DNA of 64,000 bases from an uncultured Chloroflexia bacterium (GTDB taxonomy: Bacteria > Chloroflexota > Limnocylindria > Limnocylindrales > CSP1-4). Of this stretch, positions 59,807 to 64,000 are shown piece by piece (position 1 is the stretch's first letter; each line of letters begins with the position of its first letter). The stretch is taken from the NCBI GenBank assembly GCA_963746855.1, contig CAVVDC010000002.1:7588-71587 (forward strand). The letters run 5' to 3'. Both the position numbers and the translations under genes were made by a program. The notes beneath the pieces were generated by a model. That model was not told the DNA's origin. It searched no databases and saw only the letters and a program-made list of their open reading frames with translations.

Positions 59807-60828
59807 TGCGGATCCTCGTCACGGGCGCCGCCGGGTTCATCAACGGGTACCTGGTCCCCGAATTGCTCGAGGCCGGCCACGAGGTCGTCGGGCTCGACGA
59901 CTTCAGCAAGTACGGGCGCCTCGCGAAGTCCTATGACGGCCATCCGCGCTACCGGTTCGTCGAGGGTGACGCGAAGGACGCCGCGCTCATGCGCGAGCTC
60001 GCCGCGGACTGCGACCAGGTCGTGGCCGCGGCCGCGATGATCGGCGGCATCAGCTACTTCCACGAGTTCGCCTACGACCTACTCGCCGAGAACGAGCGGA
60101 TCCTCGCCTCGACGTTCGATGCCGCGATCGCCGCGCACCGCGACGGGCATCTCGCCCGCATCGTCGTCGTGTCGTCGTCGATGGTCTACGAGTCGGCGAC
60201 CACCTTCCCCACGCCCGAGGGCGCCCAGCGGACCTCGCCGCCACCGATCTCGACGTACGGCTTCCAGAAGCTCGCGTCCGAGTATTTCGCGACTGGGGCG
60301 TGGGAGCAGTACCGGCTGCCGTACACGATCGTCCGCCCGTTCAACTGCGTCGGCATCGGTGAACGTCGGGCGCTTCGCGACACGGACGTCATGAGCGGCA
60401 ACGTGAAGCTCGCGCTCTCGCACGTCGTGCCCGACCTCGCGCTCAAGATCCTCAAGGGCCAGGACCCGCTCCACATCCTGGGCGACGGCCACCAGGTCCG
60501 CCATTACACCTATGGCGGCGACCTCGCCCACGGGATCCGGCTGGCGATGGAGTCGGACGCCGCGGTCAACGAGGACTTCAATCTCTCGACCGCGGCATCG
60601 ACGACGGTGCTCGACCTCGCGGCGTGCCTCTGGCGCAAGGTCCACACCGACGGACGTCCCTTCTCCTACGTCAGCGACCCACCGTTCGAGCACGACGTCC
60701 AGCGACGCGTGCCCGATGTCCGCAAGGCGTGGGACGTGCTGGGGTTCGAGGCCACGACGTCGCTCGACGCGATGCTCGACGAGGTCGTGCCCTGGATCCG
60801 CGCCGAGGTGGAGGCCGGCCGGCTGTGA
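59806..60828 (+). CDS. NAD-dependent nucleotide-sugar epimerase/dehydratase (SDR family)
   Basis: GTG 59806 overlaps the upstream TAG. Motifs are ILVTGAAGFINGYL and YGFQKLASE (YxxxK). Confidence 0.88.
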   Translation: MRILVTGAAGFINGYLVPELLEAGHEVVGLDDFSKYGRLAKSYDGHPRYRFVEGDAKDAALMRELAADCDQVVAAAAMIGGISYFHEFAYDLLAENERILASTFDAAIAAHRDGHLARIVVVSSSMVYESATTFPTPEGAQRTSPPPISTYGFQKLASEYFATGAWEQYRLPYTIVRPFNCVGIGERRALRDTDVMSGNVKLALSHVVPDLALKILKGQDPLHILGDGHQVRHYTYGGDLAHGIRLAMESDAAVNEDFNLSTAASTTVLDLAACLWRKVHTDGRPFSYVSDPPFEHDVQRRVPDVRKAWDVLGFEATTSLDAMLDEVVPWIRAEVEAGRL

Positions 60829-61577
60829 CTGACTCGCCCGCGCCCGAGCTCGCCATCGTCCTGCCCGTCTACAACGAGGGCGAGGCCGTCGAGCCCGTGC
60901 TCCGCGCGCTAGCTGCCGGCGTCCGGACACGCCACGAGCTCGTCGTCGTCTACGACTTCGACGAGGACACCACCGTACCCGTGGTCGCCCGCCTGGCGAC
61001 CGAGATCCCGGGGCTGCGCGGTCTCCGCAACGACCTCGGGCGGGGCGTCCTCAATGCGATGAAGGCGGGCATCGCCGGGACGACCGCGCCGTATGTGCTC
61101 ATCTCGATGGCCGACGGCTCGGATGAGCCGCACGTGGTCGACCCGATGGTCGAGCTGGCCCGAGGTGGCGCCGACGTCGTCGCGGCCTCGCGCTACATGC
61201 GCGGCGGTCACCAGGTCGGCGGGCCGCCCCTCAAGCGATTGATGAGCCGGACCGCCGGCCTGACGCTGCACTGGTTCGCCGGCGTCCCGACCCACGATCC
61301 GACGAACAACTTCAAGCTCTACTCACGCCGGTTCCTCGAAGCGGTGACGATCGAGAGCACGGCCGGCTTCGAACTCGCCCTCGAGCTGACCGTGAAGGCG
61401 ACGGTGGCCAGACGACGGGTCGCCGAAGTACCCACGACGTGGCGCGACCGGACCGCCGGCCAGAGCAACTTCAAGCTGCGCAAGTGGCTGCCCCACTACC
61501 TGCACTGGTACTGGGCCGCGTTCCGGGGCCGCCTGTCACGAGGGCGAACCAGCGGGAACCACGGTGTCGCCGGATAG
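60825..61577 (+). CDS. GT2 polyprenol-phosphate-sugar synthase-like glycosyltransferase (DPM1/Ppm1-like)
   Basis: GTG 60825 overlaps the upstream stop (GTGA). Motifs are LAIVLPVYNE, SMADGSDEP and NNFKLYSRRF. Confidence 0.8.
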   Translation: MTDSPAPELAIVLPVYNEGEAVEPVLRALAAGVRTRHELVVVYDFDEDTTVPVVARLATEIPGLRGLRNDLGRGVLNAMKAGIAGTTAPYVLISMADGSDEPHVVDPMVELARGGADVVAASRYMRGGHQVGGPPLKRLMSRTAGLTLHWFAGVPTHDPTNNFKLYSRRFLEAVTIESTAGFELALELTVKATVARRRVAEVPTTWRDRTAGQSNFKLRKWLPHYLHWYWAAFRGRLSRGRTSGNHGVAG

Positions 61578-62340
61578 CGGTCCCGCCGCCGTGAGCCAGG
61601 CGCCCCGGCCGCTCGATCTCAGCCGCTGGCAGCCGATCGGTCGGATCCTCGGGCTGACGATCATCGGCGTCGAGGTCCTCTGGATCACCTACGTCATGGT
61701 CCAGAGCCTCGGGAACCCCTCGTTCGGGCTCGACTACCGCTGGCACATGGAGGCGGCCCAACGGCTGCTCGACACCGGCACGCCCTACCTGCCGTTCGAG
61801 CTGGCGGGCCCGTTCGTCATCGGGGCCGGGGCGATCCTCTACCCGCCGACGGCGTTCCTCCTGTTCATCCCGTTCCTGTGGCTGCCCGCCGTCCTGTGGT
61901 GGGTCATCCCCATCGCGATCCTCGCGTACGGGCTGTGGTGGCACCGCCCGCCACTCTGGGCCTGGGTCGTCATCACCTCGATCCTCGCCTTCGACAAGTC
62001 ACTCAACGTCTACGTCTTCGGCAACCCCTCGATGTGGGTCGTCGCGGCCATCGCGGCCGGGACCATCTGGCGGTGGCCGTTCGTGTTCGTCTTCGCCAAG
62101 CCGACGTTCACGCCGATCGCCCTGCTCGGCGCTCGTCGCCGGAGCTGGTGGGTCGCCCTGGCGGCACTGGGCGTCGCGTCGCTGCTCTTCCTGCCGATCT
62201 GGATCGACTGGTTCACGGTCGTGCGCAACTCGGACGTGTCGCTGCTGTACAACCTCCCGACGCTGCCCCTGATGCTGGCCCCGCTTGTCGCGTGGGCGTG
62301 CTCGATCCGGCGGTCAGGCGGCCTGCGCTTCGGGTCCTGA
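61564..62340 (+). CDS. short GT87/DUF2029-like membrane protein
   Basis: 258 aa with a GTG start. The motif reads GLDYRWHMEAAQRLLDTGTPY...ILYPPTAFLLFIPF. It overlaps the GT2 3' end by 14 nt. Confidence 0.55.
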   Translation: MSPDSGPAAVSQAPRPLDLSRWQPIGRILGLTIIGVEVLWITYVMVQSLGNPSFGLDYRWHMEAAQRLLDTGTPYLPFELAGPFVIGAGAILYPPTAFLLFIPFLWLPAVLWWVIPIAILAYGLWWHRPPLWAWVVITSILAFDKSLNVYVFGNPSMWVVAAIAAGTIWRWPFVFVFAKPTFTPIALLGARRRSWWVALAALGVASLLFLPIWIDWFTVVRNSDVSLLYNLPTLPLMLAPLVAWACSIRRSGGLRFGS

Positions 62341-63660
62341 CACCCCACGTCGCAGGAGCCAGATGGTGGTCGCCGCGATCGCGAGCATCGCGACCGACCC
62401 GGCGATGCCCAGCCAACCATCGACCGGGAGCAACTCGGCGATCCGCGGCGTGGGGGGCACCGCCGCCAGCAGGTTGAGCGTGAACACGACGCCGAACGCG
62501 ATCCCCAGCCAGCGCACCCGGGCCTCGGGGATCAGCAGCATCAGGAAGACCAGCGCGCCATACGCGTAGCGCTCGTGCATGCTCGTCAGGAAGCAGAAGG
62601 CGATGAGGGTGGCGGCCGCCAGGCCGAGGATGAGGGTCCGCGGACGCGGGTCGCGCAGGATGGCGAGCGCGACCAGGAGCGACGGCAACCCGGTCAGCAC
62701 GTAGCCGACGTGGCGAAGGGTCAGCGGACCGAGGAACGCCACGTCGTCCGCCACGAAGCCGCCGCCCGCGAACAGTGACTGGACGAGCCACCACAGGTTC
62801 CACGCCCGCAGCGAGAGGATGTTGAAGATCTCGCCCTGGTACTCCGCGAGGTTCTTGAGGTAGTTGGCCGGGCCACCGGCCGGGATGAACGGCAGCCAGA
62901 GCGCCATGATCACAACCAGGCCGATCGCCGCCGCACGCAGGAGCCCGCGCCACCCGCCGGTCGCCCAGAACCAGGCGGCAAACGGGACGAGGAAGGGCAG
63001 CACCTGGGGCTTGGTCATGAGTGCGACCGCCAGGAGCGCGGCGGCCAGCCCGTTTCGGCCGTTCACGGCGCAGATGACCGCGGCCAGGGTGGACGCCATG
63101 TAGATCGACTCGTACTGGCCCCACCAGGCGCTGATGTCGATGACGGCCGGGTGCAGCGCGATCGCCGCCGCTCCGATGACCGCCCATCGGGGCCGGTCAC
63201 GCAACGCGTAGGCCACCAGCAGGGCGAGCCCGATGTCCGCGACCGAGGCCGGGGTCTTCATCAGCGCCCGGATCGCCGGATCGGAGGCGTCGGTGACGGT
63301 CTGGAAGGCCGGCTGGACAGCCGCCAGCAGGCCCCAGACATAGGCCATCACCGGCGGGAAGGAGAGGTTCTGGTCGTAGGCGTTGGGCAAGCCATCGACC
63401 GCGATGCCGTGGACCCACAGGACGAACTGGTCGAGGTCGCCGCGGAGGCCCTCGGTCGGCAGCAGGACGACGCGGATGACGATGCCCGCGACGAGCGCGG
63501 CGATGAGCCCGACGATGTACGACGCCGGCCAGCGGGCTCCGGGCGCTCGGCCCGTTCCTGCGGCCCCAGGCGTCACCGGATCAGACGCGGCCGGAGACCC
63601 AGTACCGTTCCGCGGATCCGTCCACAGCGCCCAGCTCGGCGATCGCGCGTCCGTAGACAC
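62314..63660 (-). CDS. GT-C-fold membrane mannosyltransferase-like protein (Gpi18/PIG-V-like or GT87-related)
   Basis: Polytopic, with the loop motif GDLDQFVLWVHG...NAYDQNLSFPPVMAYVWG. The start is ambiguous. ATG 63660 overlaps the upstream gene by 80 nt. GTG 63576 lies 4 nt after the upstream stop and is probably better. Confidence 0.6.
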   Translation of the reverse strand: MSTDARSPSWALWTDPRNGTGSPAASDPVTPGAAGTGRAPGARWPASYIVGLIAALVAGIVIRVVLLPTEGLRGDLDQFVLWVHGIAVDGLPNAYDQNLSFPPVMAYVWGLLAAVQPAFQTVTDASDPAIRALMKTPASVADIGLALLVAYALRDRPRWAVIGAAAIALHPAVIDISAWWGQYESIYMASTLAAVICAVNGRNGLAAALLAVALMTKPQVLPFLVPFAAWFWATGGWRGLLRAAAIGLVVIMALWLPFIPAGGPANYLKNLAEYQGEIFNILSLRAWNLWWLVQSLFAGGGFVADDVAFLGPLTLRHVGYVLTGLPSLLVALAILRDPRPRTLILGLAAATLIAFCFLTSMHERYAYGALVFLMLLIPEARVRWLGIAFGVVFTLNLLAAVPPTPRIAELLPVDGWLGIAGSVAMLAIAATTIWLLRRGVSGPEAQAA

Positions 63661-64000
63661 GGACGGAGTCGGCCATCGCCTTCGTGCCGTCGAAGAGGCG
63701 CTCCAGCTGGCTCTGGTAGAGGTTGATGCCCGTGATCTTGCGCTCGAGCTGATCGGTGATGTCGGCGAACGTCGGCAGGATGGAGACGTCGCCCGGGAGG
63801 TCGGCCAGGGCGCCGGGACCGAGGTCCTCGAGCCGGCGGAAGTCGTTCCACCAGGCGTACGGGAAGTCCTCGTAGAAGGTGACGATCCCGGCGTATTCGG
63901 GGCCGGGCATCACCCAACGGCGGCCCTCCTGGAGGAGCCGGATGCCGACATCGCGACAGAGCTGATGATCGACATGGCCGCCGACGCCCAGCGGGAAATA
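63581..64000 (-). CDS. PIG-L/LmbE-family N-acetylglucosaminyl deacetylase, 5'-truncated at the window edge
   Basis: The minus-strand frame is open to the window end. The translation contains YFPLGVGGHVDHQL (the PIG-L HxDH metal motif), followed by ...YEDFPYAWW...INLYQSQL. Confidence 0.65.
   Translation of the reverse strand, partial: YFPLGVGGHVDHQLCRDVGIRLLQEGRRWVMPGPEYAGIVTFYEDFPYAWWNDFRRLEDLGPGALADLPGDVSILPTFADITDQLERKITGINLYQSQLERLFDGTKAMADSVRVYGRAIAELGAVDGSAERYWVSGRV

Overview
High-GC bacterial chromosomal window with about 60 supportable genes, no rRNA or tRNA genes, no CRISPR array and no mobile element. The gene content looks like a Terrabacteria lineage (Actinomycetota- or Chloroflexota-like). 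I cannot assign a taxon from the sequence alone.

The window falls into three blocks.

(1) 1-19.7 kb, + strand, housekeeping synteny: TsaC/Sua5-like (partial), glyA, a WecA/MraY-family transferase, atpI-like plus atpBEFHAGDC, murA, mreB, a PHP phosphoesterase and a flippase-like protein. Two large surface-protein genes interrupt this block: an acidic Pro/Glu-rich PKD protein and a 978-aa adhesin with nine tandem repeats.

(2) 20-39.4 kb, mostly one co-directional minus-strand run: two ArnT-like GT-C glycosyltransferases, a soluble histidine kinase, a NarL-type response regulator, a degenerate kinase paralog, four Flp pilin genes, cpaB, REC-TadZ/CpaE, cpaF, tadB, tadC, DUF192, comF and hpf. One of the four pilin genes is missing from the ORF track. 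The block also holds nfo, an ArsR/DUF2087 regulator, an XRE regulator and another GT39-like enzyme.

(3) 36-64 kb, an unusually dense envelope-glycan island. It contains about 9-10 GT-C/GT87-like polytopic glycosyltransferases and four paralogous membrane-anchored alkaline-phosphatase-superfamily (LtaS/EptA/PIG-N-like) proteins. It also has two polyprenol-phosphate-sugar-synthase-like GT2s, a GT4, a FemAB/CelD-like GNAT, a nucleotide-sugar dehydrogenase and epimerase, a fused MFS/spermidine-synthase protein and a PIG-L deacetylase.

The best candidates for something undescribed are this island (a PIM/GPI-like lipoglycan assembly line with a four-fold phosphotransferase array) and the GT-C / kinase / regulator / pseudo-kinase / multi-Flp Tad module linked to comF.

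All functional calls come from motif recognition in the translations and from gene order. No database search was run.
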